DNA from: a virus
Taxonomy: Duplodnaviria > Caudoviricetes
Reading direction: 5' to 3' (one strand)
IMG/VR virus record: IMGVR_UViG_3300046170_000323
DNA: 64,000 nt
A program made the translations under genes and the position numbers. Under the pieces are notes generated by a model. The model did no database searches. It had not been told where the DNA came from and worked only from the letters and a program-made list of their open reading frames with translations. This document shows, in pieces, positions 29,673 to 37,967 of this stretch (the first letter of the stretch is position 1; each line of letters opens with the position of its first letter).

Positions 29673-30359
29673 GTCTAATGCACTGAACCATTCTTTTGCA
29701 TAGAGTCCATTTTTGTGTTGGGGAAACCAAGGCCCACCATCTGTATAATGTAAGATCTTTGGAGATCCATCACGAGGTTCTTCGTGTACATTAATCAACC
29801 AGTTCCATTCGATATCGAATTCACCGATCTCCCATTCACACAACCACTGGAACTGGTGAAACCAAATCCCATTATAATCTAAGTTGTTTACTAAGTCTGG
29901 TGTGAGAACACGATTTGACGGATGTGCGCAATTGAACATAATCAAACTAGACCAGTTCTTTCTCGTTGTGCCGTCTGGTAACATTGGATATCTGAATTTC
30001 TTCTGACCATCCATCTTGAGTCCCTCTTCAAAATCATAATTAGGTTTTGCAACCATGATTGCATAATCATCATCTGCCTGATCTAGAAGGGGATTGATAT
30101 CTGTCAACATCAACATGTCACTATCGATGAATGTTGCCCATCCCTTATAGTCGTGCAAGTAAGGTACTAGATATCTTGTGAAGGTAAATTCAGTAGCACT
30201 CAAAGGATCATCTGGTCTGGTGTAAATACCCCGACTCCTGAGATCATTGATTTTAAGTGGTAAGACGTTTATGTCTTTACTGTGATTGTAGAGACTCCAC
30301 TCCATCACATCATAGGCGAGTGATTGTCTGGAATCCCATCCCATATATAAATTTCTCAT
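29628..30359 (-). CDS. Glycosyltransferase (GT8-like)
   Basis: YMGWD, TEFTFTRYLVP, FIDSDML, RKNWSS, EWNWL, HYTDGGPW. Confidence 0.85.
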   Translation of the reverse strand: MRNLYMGWDSRQSLAYDVMEWSLYNHSKDINVLPLKINDLRSRGIYTRPDDPLSATEFTFTRYLVPYLHDYKGWATFIDSDMLMLTDINPLLDQADDDYAIMVAKPNYDFEEGLKMDGQKKFRYPMLPDGTTRKNWSSLIMFNCAHPSNRVLTPDLVNNLDYNGIWFHQFQWLCEWEIGEFDIEWNWLINVHEEPRDGSPKILHYTDGGPWFPQHKNGLYAKEWFSALDSFENGLDISLSEVG

Positions 30360-30371
30360 TCAATTCTCCAT

Positions 30372-30398
30372 AAAAAAAGGGCGGCACGAATGCCGCCC
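30372..30398 (-). terminator. Intrinsic terminator
   Basis: GGGCGGCA-cgaa-TGCCGCCC with a 7-T run on the minus strand. Confidence 0.8.
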
Positions 30399-30420
30399 GT
30401 GACCGCCTATATTTAGGTGA

Positions 30421-30831
30421 TTAGAAGTTGAACGAGACGCCCACTTCTACTTCGCCACGATCTTCTGAATCGAAGTTCCATGACGTTTCACCATATGCAG
30501 TAACACCGCCACCTAGTGCGATATCTGCACCCAACTCTAGAGTTGGTTTTGTTCCATCTTCCCAAACATTCTGAATGGCAAAAGTCTGAACCTGATGCGT
30601 GTCCAGTTTCGTACACTGTCAATGGTACTTCTGCCCAAACTGACAGAGGCCCAGCCGCTGGTGTATAACGCAGTTCTGGTTCGATTGTGACGTGATTAGT
30701 TTCCGCTTCCACTTTGTGGAATGCTTTTAACTTCTGTGTTGAGTTCCAAACCAGGCACTGGTAGGTCTAGCGCCCATAGCGGATGTTGAACAACAGATCC
30801 CCATGACAAGTGAAGTAATGATCATACGCAT
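30421..30831 (-). CDS. Outer-membrane beta-barrel-like protein; three +1 insertions
   Basis: Rejoined ~135 aa: signal peptide ...STSAMA/LD, alternating beta pattern, C-terminus EVGVSFNF. Confidence 0.6.
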
Positions 30832-30860
30832 TTAAATTCCTTTCTTATAACATGCATAAC

Positions 30861-30891
30861 AAAAAAAGAGGAAGAGACGAATCTCTTCCTT
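30861..30891 (-). terminator. Terminator-like UUCG hairpin in the OMP leader
   Basis: AGGAAGAGA-ttcg-TCTCTTCCT followed by 7 T. Confidence 0.6.
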
Positions 30892-31037
30892 CTGATACTA
30901 TTATTTAGGGTTTTTTCTGCGATGCAGAAGACTCTTTCGGAAAATCAAAATATCTTGTGGTATATTTGTCACTTAAACTTTTTTCAAATTATTTTATAAG
31001 TACTTGTTTTCCTTAGATTCTTTTTTTCGTGCCGGGC

Positions 31038-31070
31038 TTGACATTTGTGCCCTTTTCGTGTTAGTATAAT
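31038..31070 (+). promoter_or_regulatory. Early sigma70-like promoter
   Basis: GGCTTGACA...TAGTATAAT; spacing is irregular. Confidence 0.6.
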
Positions 31071-31098
31071 CTTGAAGTTAATAGAGAGAGGTACAAAT

Positions 31099-31734
31099 AT
31101 GCTTTGTTATCCAACATCAATGTCTGACCAAGTTGACCAGTGGCGTAACGCAGGTTACGAAACCAAACTGATCCAAGGTTATCTTGACTATCTGCAAAAG
31201 CAGAAGATGAGTCAGAATAAAGGTACTTACGGTAAAGATTCCGAAAAGACCAAAACCTACAAATGTGAGTGGGCGTTCCAACGTGAGTATCAAGTAAAAG
31301 AGTTTGACACTATCCGTCAAGCGCAGAAACGTTGTGACCAAATCACCAAGTCTGCCTTGTGGGCAAAGTTGCGTGACGAAAAAGGTCGTGACATAATGCC
31401 TGTTTCAGTAAATTCGAAACAACGTAACACTGGTCGTCACACTGCAGGTTGGGCACGTGGTAACACGATTACTCTTGACCTGATCGTTGGTCTTGACGAA
31501 TACACACTGATCCATGAGATGGCTCACTGTCTAGGTAACTGGCATCATGGTCGTCAGTTTCGTCGTGATCTGTTGAAACTGGTTTCACGTTTCATGGGTG
31601 CTGAACCTGCAAAGATCTTGAAGTCCAAGTTCAAGGAAAAGAAACTTGCGTGTGGCGAACAACGTAAACCTTTGGCTTTCGAGAAATGGATCGAAGCAAA
31701 AGAACGTATGACTAAAATGAGGAGTGCACAATAA
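31099..31734 (+). CDS. Zn-metallopeptidase-like (SprT/YgjP-type) protein
   Basis: TLIHEMAH..GNWHHG..F. Confidence 0.65.
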   Translation: MLCYPTSMSDQVDQWRNAGYETKLIQGYLDYLQKQKMSQNKGTYGKDSEKTKTYKCEWAFQREYQVKEFDTIRQAQKRCDQITKSALWAKLRDEKGRDIMPVSVNSKQRNTGRHTAGWARGNTITLDLIVGLDEYTLIHEMAHCLGNWHHGRQFRRDLLKLVSRFMGAEPAKILKSKFKEKKLACGEQRKPLAFEKWIEAKERMTKMRSAQ

Positions 31735-32147
31735 TGAACTACGTTTACGCAGAAGGTTCGACAAAACTAAAACGTTCGATTGCAGAACAGGTGGTCAGGT
31801 TCTGCATTGACGAACTGATGCCTCGTATGCGCACGTTAGAGATTGATGTGATCTTGAATAACAAACTGGAATCACATCAATACGGTTACTGTTGCGCAAT
31901 CGATACTCGTGAGTTCGAACTTGAAGTAAACGCAAACCTCTCCCTCTCTAAACTGGTTACGACGATCTGTCATGAGATGGTTCACGTGATGCAGTACGCA
32001 CGTAAGACATTAGATATAACGAATCAGTCTGATCATTCGACATATGACGAATATCTGGATCTCTGGTACGAAGTCGAAGCAAGAAAATTTGAGAAAATTT
32101 TGACGAAAAAGTTTAAGTCATTGAAAACATTAGGAAAGAAAATTTAA
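31734..32147 (+). CDS. HExxH metallopeptidase-like protein
   Basis: TICHEMVHVMQY...WYEVEA. Confidence 0.65.
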   Translation: MNYVYAEGSTKLKRSIAEQVVRFCIDELMPRMRTLEIDVILNNKLESHQYGYCCAIDTREFELEVNANLSLSKLVTTICHEMVHVMQYARKTLDITNQSDHSTYDEYLDLWYEVEARKFEKILTKKFKSLKTLGKKI

Positions 32148-32165
32148 AATAATTACAAAAAAGGC

Positions 32166-32194
32166 TTGCCTTTTCCTTGTTTATACCCTATATT
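32166..32194 (+). promoter_or_regulatory. Early sigma70-like promoter
   Basis: TTGCCT-17bp-TATATT with an A-tract UP element. Confidence 0.75.
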
Positions 32195-32222
32195 ATAAGA
32201 GTAAGTTGATCGAAAGGACGAA

Positions 32223-32429
32223 ATGATGTTTGAAGTTGGTATGGGATTTTTGCGCCAGTATCGTGACTACACTGCAAAAGGCGAGATCACATCGATCTCA
32301 ACAGACGCAGATGATGAGACACTGATCACTGTGATGTACACAGACGGTGCGGTAAAAACCTACACAGAAAACTGTGTCGAACAAAACTTAGGTCGTCGCA
32401 TGATCGTAACAGAGGAAGTAATATGGTAA
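32223..32429 (+). CDS. Hypothetical early protein
   Basis: SD AAGGA; first gene after the promoter. Confidence 0.65.
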   Translation: MMFEVGMGFLRQYRDYTAKGEITSISTDADDETLITVMYTDGAVKTYTENCVEQNLGRRMIVTEEVIW

Positions 32430-32605
32430 ATTTTATGAATGATGTCTGGACATGTCAGACTATTGCAGGCGCACCAGTTGTGGAACGCCGTGTGTGTTAC
32501 GGTTCGGAACCTGATTTCGAATTCGTTACCCAACTTCCCAATGGTGAATATAACTTCTATTCTGCCTTTGACATGTATGAAAACAAAACGGAGTATTCGC
32601 AATGA
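32423..32605 (+). CDS. Hypothetical early protein
   Basis: Overlapping operon ORF. Confidence 0.55.
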   Translation: MVNFMNDVWTCQTIAGAPVVERRVCYGSEPDFEFVTQLPNGEYNFYSAFDMYENKTEYSQ

Positions 32606-32838
32606 TCGTATATAAGAATTACACACAAGAAAAAATCGCAGAAGGTTTCGATCTTCTAGTAGAGGGCATGAGTAACTGGAAGATGCCTATTAAGACGACA
32701 ATCAAGTCTGAAGATTTCCAGTGGGCATCAGATGCCTGTGCATACTTCACAGGATCTGTTCTTGAAAAACAAGTTGAAACATTTGAAGGCGACATCGTCG
32801 TCTATGCAGATGGTTACTATAACACGATTGGAGCTTAA
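32602..32838 (+). CDS. Hypothetical early protein
   Basis: ATGA overlap. Confidence 0.6.
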   Translation: MIVYKNYTQEKIAEGFDLLVEGMSNWKMPIKTTIKSEDFQWASDACAYFTGSVLEKQVETFEGDIVVYADGYYNTIGA

Positions 32839-32840
32839 TC

Positions 32841-33171
32841 ATGGGACTTAATGTATCAGTATATCGCAACTCAGAATTTGGGGAATACGATTGCACAAAT
32901 GGTGGAATCAGTTCTACAAACAATCGTTTGAATGTCGTCAACTGTGACGGCCCTTTTGATCCGACTGATGATCGCCCTGCAGTGATGGTCGTGGATGATC
33001 GTCCTTGTGGTAGTCCTTATCCTAAACTGGTTCCCGCCGTGTTCGATCGAAATCACTGAGACTTGGGAACGTGCAAAGGGTTGGTTTATGTTTGGTGGAA
33101 ACTATGGTGGATGTTCAGACAGTCGTTTTGAATACAACATTCTTCCTATCCATGATCGTACGGAGGCTTAA
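32841..33171 (+). CDS. Hypothetical early protein; +1 frameshift near 33050
   Basis: Continues as ITETWERAKGWFMFGGNY..CSDSRF after rejoining. Confidence 0.55.
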
Positions 33172-33173
33172 TT

Positions 33174-33542
33174 ATGTGGAATCCTAATAATGCAGTCTGG
33201 GGATGTACTCCAGAAACTCGTGAACTTTCAGACAAGTTGAGTAACCTTGATAACTTCCCTTCAGTTGGTGAAGTATCGAACAAGAAAAAGAATCCTTCGC
33301 TTGAGAAGTTTCGCAAGGCGCAGAATGTCGTTTACGATATCTTTAACAACGGTCTTGGTAATCGTGGTCGTGAACTTCGTGTTCTGGGTTTGAAGAAACA
33401 TCAACTTGCACTTGAAGAATGGTGTCGTTACTCAGGACGCACGATCCGTGAATCCAACTGGGATCAAATCAACGAGATTGTTGAGGGTGCATTTACCCCG
33501 ATTGTGATGGACGCTTCAAGGGAACAGGGGCTGATCTCCTAA
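33174..33542 (+). CDS. Hypothetical early protein
   Basis: 122-aa ORF; YDIFNNGLGNR. Confidence 0.6.
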   Translation: MWNPNNAVWGCTPETRELSDKLSNLDNFPSVGEVSNKKKNPSLEKFRKAQNVVYDIFNNGLGNRGRELRVLGLKKHQLALEEWCRYSGRTIRESNWDQINEIVEGAFTPIVMDASREQGLIS

Positions 33543-33996
33543 TAGAGAGGGCTTTATAAGCAGGGTAGAGTTCATAACCTACCTTGTTCTTTTGATTACC
33601 ACCAAGGATGACATAATAATCTATCCCATCTATTATTCTTGTTTCAATGTAGAAACCGACATGTCCTTTCCATGCAGCATCGCCTCTTGGAAAGACGACG
33701 ATGTCTCCAATCCTTGGTTCCCAAACATCAATCCCCCAAAACAAAAAACTTCGTGCCATCAGAGGATATTCATTGACGGACTCTGAACCAGCCACGTTAT
33801 TTAATTTTAGGATAGAGTTCACGAAAGCCGCACACCATTCTGTGTGGACTGGATCTACTCCTGTAAGGTCTTTGATCTTTGACCTATCTTTCTTTTCGTG
33901 GAGGCCGATGAAACCATGTGCTGCCTTCACGAATGCATAATCATTGTGTTTGTATGGTGATTGATAATTGAATATCGGATCAGATTGAGGGTCCAC
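33493..33996 (-). CDS. TIGR02594-like CHAP/NlpC-P60 peptidoglycan peptidase
   Basis: EWCAAFVN, ARSFL.WG, GDIVVFPRG, GHVGFY, LGGNQ. Confidence 0.85.
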   Translation of the reverse strand: MDPQSDPIFNYQSPYKHNDYAFVKAAHGFIGLHEKKDRSKIKDLTGVDPVHTEWCAAFVNSILKLNNVAGSESVNEYPLMARSFLFWGIDVWEPRIGDIVVFPRGDAAWKGHVGFYIETRIIDGIDYYVILGGNQKNKVGYELYPAYKALSIRRSAPVPLKRPSQSG

Positions 33997-34107
33997 AAGC
34001 GGATAAAAAGTAACCTACCACAACGAAAAAAATTATTTTTTTCATAGAAACTCGCTAAGTGATTGTTTTTGTTGGAAAAGAAAATTTGAAATAATTACAA
34101 AAAAGGC

Positions 34108-34136
34108 TTGACATTTGATGTAAAAAGTACTATATT
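34108..34136 (+). promoter_or_regulatory. Early sigma70-like promoter
   Basis: TTGACA-17bp-TATATT. Confidence 0.8.
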
Positions 34137-34168
34137 ATATAGGTAAGTTGAGAGAAAGTGAGAAACGA

Positions 34169-34424
34169 ATGTTTAGAATTCCTAATTTTTATGAGATGTC
34201 CATATCCTTTGACGAGGCATGGAAAACTATCCAGAACCTTGGTAATGGTGACTGTCTTGAAGGCATGAACGTTATGAACAGTGAATGGGATGCGTATGTC
34301 CGTGGTGACAACGATGACATTTTCGATTGTGACGATGACTGGTGGGACAACTGGGCATATGAAGCAAACGCCTTTAACGTTGTATACGAAGGCATGAGTC
34401 AATTATTTGGAGAGGGCTGCATAA
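34169..34424 (+). CDS. Acidic hypothetical early protein; stop hidden by a +1 insertion near 34415
   Basis: Ends LFGEAA* after removing one G. Confidence 0.55.
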
Positions 34425-34425
34425 C

Positions 34426-34860
34426 ATGGCATATATTTCACAACAAGAGAAAAAAGAACTCGCACCTGCAATCAAAGCAGTATTGAAAAAATACGGTGTG
34501 AAAGGTTCTATCGCAATCAACCATCACAGTTCTTTGGTTGTAAATATTAAATCTGGTGTTCTGGATTTTCTAGGTGCGTCTCAGAAGTACAATGATCGTC
34601 GTGCAGAGATGCGTGGTGAGGCACCTTACAATGTTGGTGGTTATCTTCAAGTGAACACTAGCTGGTGTGAACAGTGGATGGAAGAGATTGGTGAAACCAA
34701 GATCGCAAAGTTCTATGGTGACCTGATCAAAGCGATGAAAGGTACACGTTGGTACAACAACTCTGACATCATGACAGATTATTTTGATTACGCATACTAC
34801 ATTGATATCAATGTCGGTAAATGGGACAAAGATTACGTTCTGGAAAATAATTCAAAATAA
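34426..34860 (+). CDS. Conserved hypothetical early protein
   Basis: MAYISQQEKKELAPAIKAVLKKYG...DIMTDYFDYAYY. Confidence 0.7.
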   Translation: MAYISQQEKKELAPAIKAVLKKYGVKGSIAINHHSSLVVNIKSGVLDFLGASQKYNDRRAEMRGEAPYNVGGYLQVNTSWCEQWMEEIGETKIAKFYGDLIKAMKGTRWYNNSDIMTDYFDYAYYIDINVGKWDKDYVLENNSK

Positions 34861-34884
34861 TTGAAAAAAAGTTGCCCCAAGGGC

Positions 34885-34913
34885 TTGACATTTGGGGCAA
34901 AAGGTATTATATT
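34885..34913 (+). promoter_or_regulatory. Early sigma70-like promoter
   Basis: TTGACA-17bp-TATATT. Confidence 0.8.
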
Positions 34914-34942
34914 AATAAGGTAAGTGAGACAAAGGAAACGAT

Positions 34943-35129
34943 ATGCAAATAGTTGGTGGAATGATAGTTTTTTCTGGTTTGATGATTATGGCTGGATCTG
35001 CAGGTGACTGTGATGGTCAATGTATGGAACTGGCAAATTCAACAGGCGAGATGATTCAAAGCCCTCGTTATGGGTGGTGCTCTTACCGCTATCGGTGCGT
35101 TTTTGATGTCAATGAAAGGAAACCTCTAA
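34943..35129 (+). CDS. Small membrane protein; +1 frameshift near 35058
   Basis: Hydrophobic N-terminus, GDCDGQC, second hydrophobic helix after rejoining. Confidence 0.5.
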
Positions 35130-35142
35130 GATGGAGATCGTT

Positions 35143-35307
35143 ATGAATGAGTTGGTGAAGGACATACAGGTTCTTGAAGATGCAGTAATTAATCTTACTG
35201 AAGGTGCAAGTGATGAGAGACGTATGGCAATATACACTCTCGAACGTTTGATTGCAGAAAAGTCTGCAATTGTAGATCAATTTGAAATGGAGAATGCATA
35301 TGCCTAA
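35143..35307 (+). CDS. Hypothetical protein (54 aa)
   Basis: SD GGAG; MNELVKDIQVLEDAVINLTEGASDE... Confidence 0.55.
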   Translation: MNELVKDIQVLEDAVINLTEGASDERRMAIYTLERLIAEKSAIVDQFEMENAYA

Positions 35308-35518
35308 ATCAAAAGCAATGAAAATCGAAGACATGTTCGATGATGAAACACTGGACGCAATGGATGACGCCGCAGGCGTTGACCGTTTGACCAAAGACGG
35401 AGACTTCAGTCTTTACTACGATCTGGGCCCTGATGCCCGTGGTTGGACTGAACCAAGTCTAGAAGACTACGGTCTTGACAGTCACGCCTTCTCAACAGGT
35501 GGTCTGGACTTCGACTAA
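35300..35518 (+). CDS. Acidic hypothetical protein
   Basis: SD GGAG before MPKSK. Confidence 0.55.
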   Translation: MPKSKAMKIEDMFDDETLDAMDDAAGVDRLTKDGDFSLYYDLGPDARGWTEPSLEDYGLDSHAFSTGGLDFD

Positions 35519-35523
35519 ATATT

Positions 35524-35685
35524 ATGGAATGGATTATGGCCTTTGGATTCATCTTCTTTTTGATGATCCTCTGTTTTTCCTTACTGCGTTTCGCAATAGG
35601 TTTTTTATCATGGTCTTGGCGTAATTCATTCCTAATACTTGCCAGCATTATAATCTTAATACTCCTCTTAGCTCAGCTGGATTAG
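35524..35685 (+). CDS. Small two-helix membrane protein (53 aa) overlapping tRNA-Arg
   Basis: MEWIMAFGFIFFLMILCFSLLRFAIGFLSWSWRNSFLILASIIILILLLAQLD*. Confidence 0.45.
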   Translation: MEWIMAFGFIFFLMILCFSLLRFAIGFLSWSWRNSFLILASIIILILLLAQLD

Positions 35686-35739
35686 AGCATCTGCCTTCTA
35701 AGCAGAGGGTCGTAGGTTCGAGTCCTACAGAGGAGGCCA
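35662..35739 (+). tRNA. tRNA-Arg(UCU)
   Basis: Acceptor CTCCTCT/AGAGGAG, anticodon arm TCTGC-CTTCTAA-GCAGA, TTCGA T-loop, encoded CCA. Confidence 0.96.
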
Positions 35740-35759
35740 ATATAAGGAAAAACAAACTC

Positions 35760-36635
35760 ATGAGTTTTGAATTCGACTTTACCAAGGAACACCTTGGGGA
35801 AATTATTTCTGCAGATGCAGATGATTGGTATGACGCACTTTGCGAACTTCTTCCAAAGTACGGTATTACAACTGAACGCAGAGTTGCACACTTCCTATCT
35901 CAGTGCGCACATGAATCTGCAGGTTTTAAGAGACTAGAAGAAAATTTAAACTACTCTGCAAAGGCTCTACGTGCCGTCTTTGGTAGATACTTCGGCGCAT
36001 CTCCAAAACGTGATGCAGACGAGTATCACAGACAACCAGAGATGATTGCAAATTATGTGTACATGGACGAGTTCCGTAAATACAAAATGGGCAATGTCAA
36101 CGAGGGTGACGGATGGTTATTCAGAGGCCGAGGCTTGAAACAGTTGACTGGCCGTGAGAACTATACACGCTTTGGTAAAACTGTAGATATGACTGCAGAA
36201 GAAGCGGCAGTGTACGTTGCAACACCAGCGGGTGCAATTGAAAGCGCATGTTGGTTCTGGGACGCAAATAATCTAAACGATATTGCCGATGGTGATGACG
36301 TTAAGAAAATGACGAAAAAAATTAATGGTGGATCTATTGGCTTGGATGATCGTAAGAAACGTTACATGCACGCTATGGAAGTTCTAGGAATGGACGCAGA
36401 AGATCTCGCTGCAGATGATGATGACATCGAAGATATCATTGACGATATTGGTGTACTACGTAAAGGTGCAAAAGGCGATGGAGTCAAACTGATGCAAGAA
36501 GCATTGGGTATTGGTGCAGACGGAGACTTTGGGCCAGGCACAGAACGTGCATTGAAAAAATGGCAGTCAGACAATGGATTGACTGCTGATGGTATCGCAG
36601 GGCCAGCAACCCTTGCAAAACTGTTTGACGACTAG
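35760..36635 (+). CDS. Endolysin: GH19 (chitinase-like) domain + peptidoglycan-binding domain
   Basis: FLSQCAHES, ENLNYS, FRGRGLKQLTG..NY, TKKING; C-terminal DGDFGPGT...Q..NGL.ADGIAG. Confidence 0.92.
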   Translation: MSFEFDFTKEHLGEIISADADDWYDALCELLPKYGITTERRVAHFLSQCAHESAGFKRLEENLNYSAKALRAVFGRYFGASPKRDADEYHRQPEMIANYVYMDEFRKYKMGNVNEGDGWLFRGRGLKQLTGRENYTRFGKTVDMTAEEAAVYVATPAGAIESACWFWDANNLNDIADGDDVKKMTKKINGGSIGLDDRKKRYMHAMEVLGMDAEDLAADDDDIEDIIDDIGVLRKGAKGDGVKLMQEALGIGADGDFGPGTERALKKWQSDNGLTADGIAGPATLAKLFDD

Positions 36636-36642
36636 TCGTCAA

Positions 36643-36690
36643 GAAGGGGCGACATCTCCTTTCTCTTACAACTTACAATGTCGCCCCTTC
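36643..36690. repeat. Perfect 13-bp inverted repeat (hairpin)
   Basis: GAAGGGGCGACAT ... ATGTCGCCCCTTC, 22-nt pyrimidine-rich loop. Confidence 0.85.
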
Positions 36691-36696
36691 ACTTTA

Positions 36697-36773
36697 CTCA
36701 GTGTAGGTCAGTCTGGTAGACCGCTACGTTTGGGACGTAGATGTCGTTGGTTCAAATCCAGCCACTGAGACCA
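36697..36773 (+). tRNA. tRNA-Pro(UGG)
   Basis: CTCAGTG/CACTGAG, anticodon arm CTACG-TTTGGGA-CGTAG, CCA. Confidence 0.95.
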
Positions 36774-36775
36774 AT

Positions 36776-36849
36776 AGGAGTGAAGTGTTATGGAAGCACG
36801 TTGGATTCCAAATCCAAAAGCTGGGGTTCGACTCCCTGCACTCCTGCCA
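36776..36849 (+). tRNA. tRNA-Trp(CCA)
   Basis: AGGAGTG/CACTCCT, TTGGA-TTCCAAA-TCCAA, CCA. Confidence 0.93.
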
Positions 36850-36868
36850 GATTTAATGAATAAATAGT

Positions 36869-37012
36869 ATGACAACAGATCACGAAATTACAATGTTTCT
36901 ACATTTCTGGGCAAGAAGGGGAATACCTCTCCCAGATCCAACCCACTACCCTAATTCTTTTATGTGGTATGTGAAGATGTATAGGTACTATCAAAATGAC
37001 AAAGTTAAGTGA
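36869..37012 (+). CDS. Small aromatic-rich peptide (47 aa)
   Basis: MTTDHEITMFLHFWARRGIPLPDPTHYPNSFMWYVKMYRYYQNDKVK*; follows an AATAAATA late-like box and overlaps the next gene. Confidence 0.55.
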   Translation: MTTDHEITMFLHFWARRGIPLPDPTHYPNSFMWYVKMYRYYQNDKVK

Positions 37013-37967
37013 CGAAGAACTCGCACATGTAAGAAAATATGGCCCACCATTGGAAGATCCAGTAATAGAGAATTACTTGGATAAGACAGGTCTCAGTAAT
37101 CCAGACGAAGAGACACGTGAGACAAAAGTAAAACATCTGCAGTATGGTCTTGACATGGATCAAGAAGTAATACGCAGGGCACAAAAGTGCCAGAGAAATT
37201 GGAATTACACCAGAGACATCAATTCATCAGTACGAGATCATCTCCTATGGATTGCACAAAATGCACCTTCGAAACAACACGAAGGTTTTTATGACGTTTA
37301 CTGGTCAGAAGATAGGGACACAATTCAAGAGATGTCCCGATACACTTGGGGATGTACTCACAGTAGAACCCCACCATCAACTTGGAGAAACGCACAAGCA
37401 AATGCAAACATGTATATTTTGTTTGTTGCGAAAGAACCGTCAGGACAAGAAAACTGTCATGTGGATGGATCCTTAAAAGAAAACAATCGCCCAGAACGTT
37501 GGGAAAATGCATATGTCTCTATTGGTATTGCCATGGGGATGATCTTGTTTACTGCGAACCAATTAGGTCTACAGACTGGGTGTAATAAAAGTCACGGTGA
37601 TTTTGATGGTGATGATTATTTTGAAAACAAACTTGGTATCCTTGAGGATGTCAGAGCTGGTAAGAAAAGAATTGCGTATGGGATGGGTATCGGTTATGGT
37701 CAAGATGGTAGACCAAGATACGAAACAGATGAAACAGAGATTGCGCTTGGGGCGGGAAATGGTGACACACTCACTGAATATCCAGACATGGGAACTCATC
37801 CAACAACAGGCAAAGAGTTCAGACGTGTTAAGGTTGTAGATACCACAGAAATGGGTGGACAGGAAGTAACTGATCACTACGGTAACGTGCACACCGTTCC
37901 ACACGACTCTAACATAAAGATTAACACGATGCGCCCACGTGACATCAAGATTATTGAAATAGAATGA
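36996..37967 (+). CDS. Nitroreductase-fold protein
   Basis: SQ/AQKCQRNWNY, AQNAPSKQ, SIGIAMG...ANQLGLQTG, MGIGY. Confidence 0.75.
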   Translation: MTKLSDEELAHVRKYGPPLEDPVIENYLDKTGLSNPDEETRETKVKHLQYGLDMDQEVIRRAQKCQRNWNYTRDINSSVRDHLLWIAQNAPSKQHEGFYDVYWSEDRDTIQEMSRYTWGCTHSRTPPSTWRNAQANANMYILFVAKEPSGQENCHVDGSLKENNRPERWENAYVSIGIAMGMILFTANQLGLQTGCNKSHGDFDGDDYFENKLGILEDVRAGKKRIAYGMGIGYGQDGRPRYETDETEIALGAGNGDTLTEYPDMGTHPTTGKEFRRVKVVDTTEMGGQEVTDHYGNVHTVPHDSNIKINTMRPRDIKIIEIE

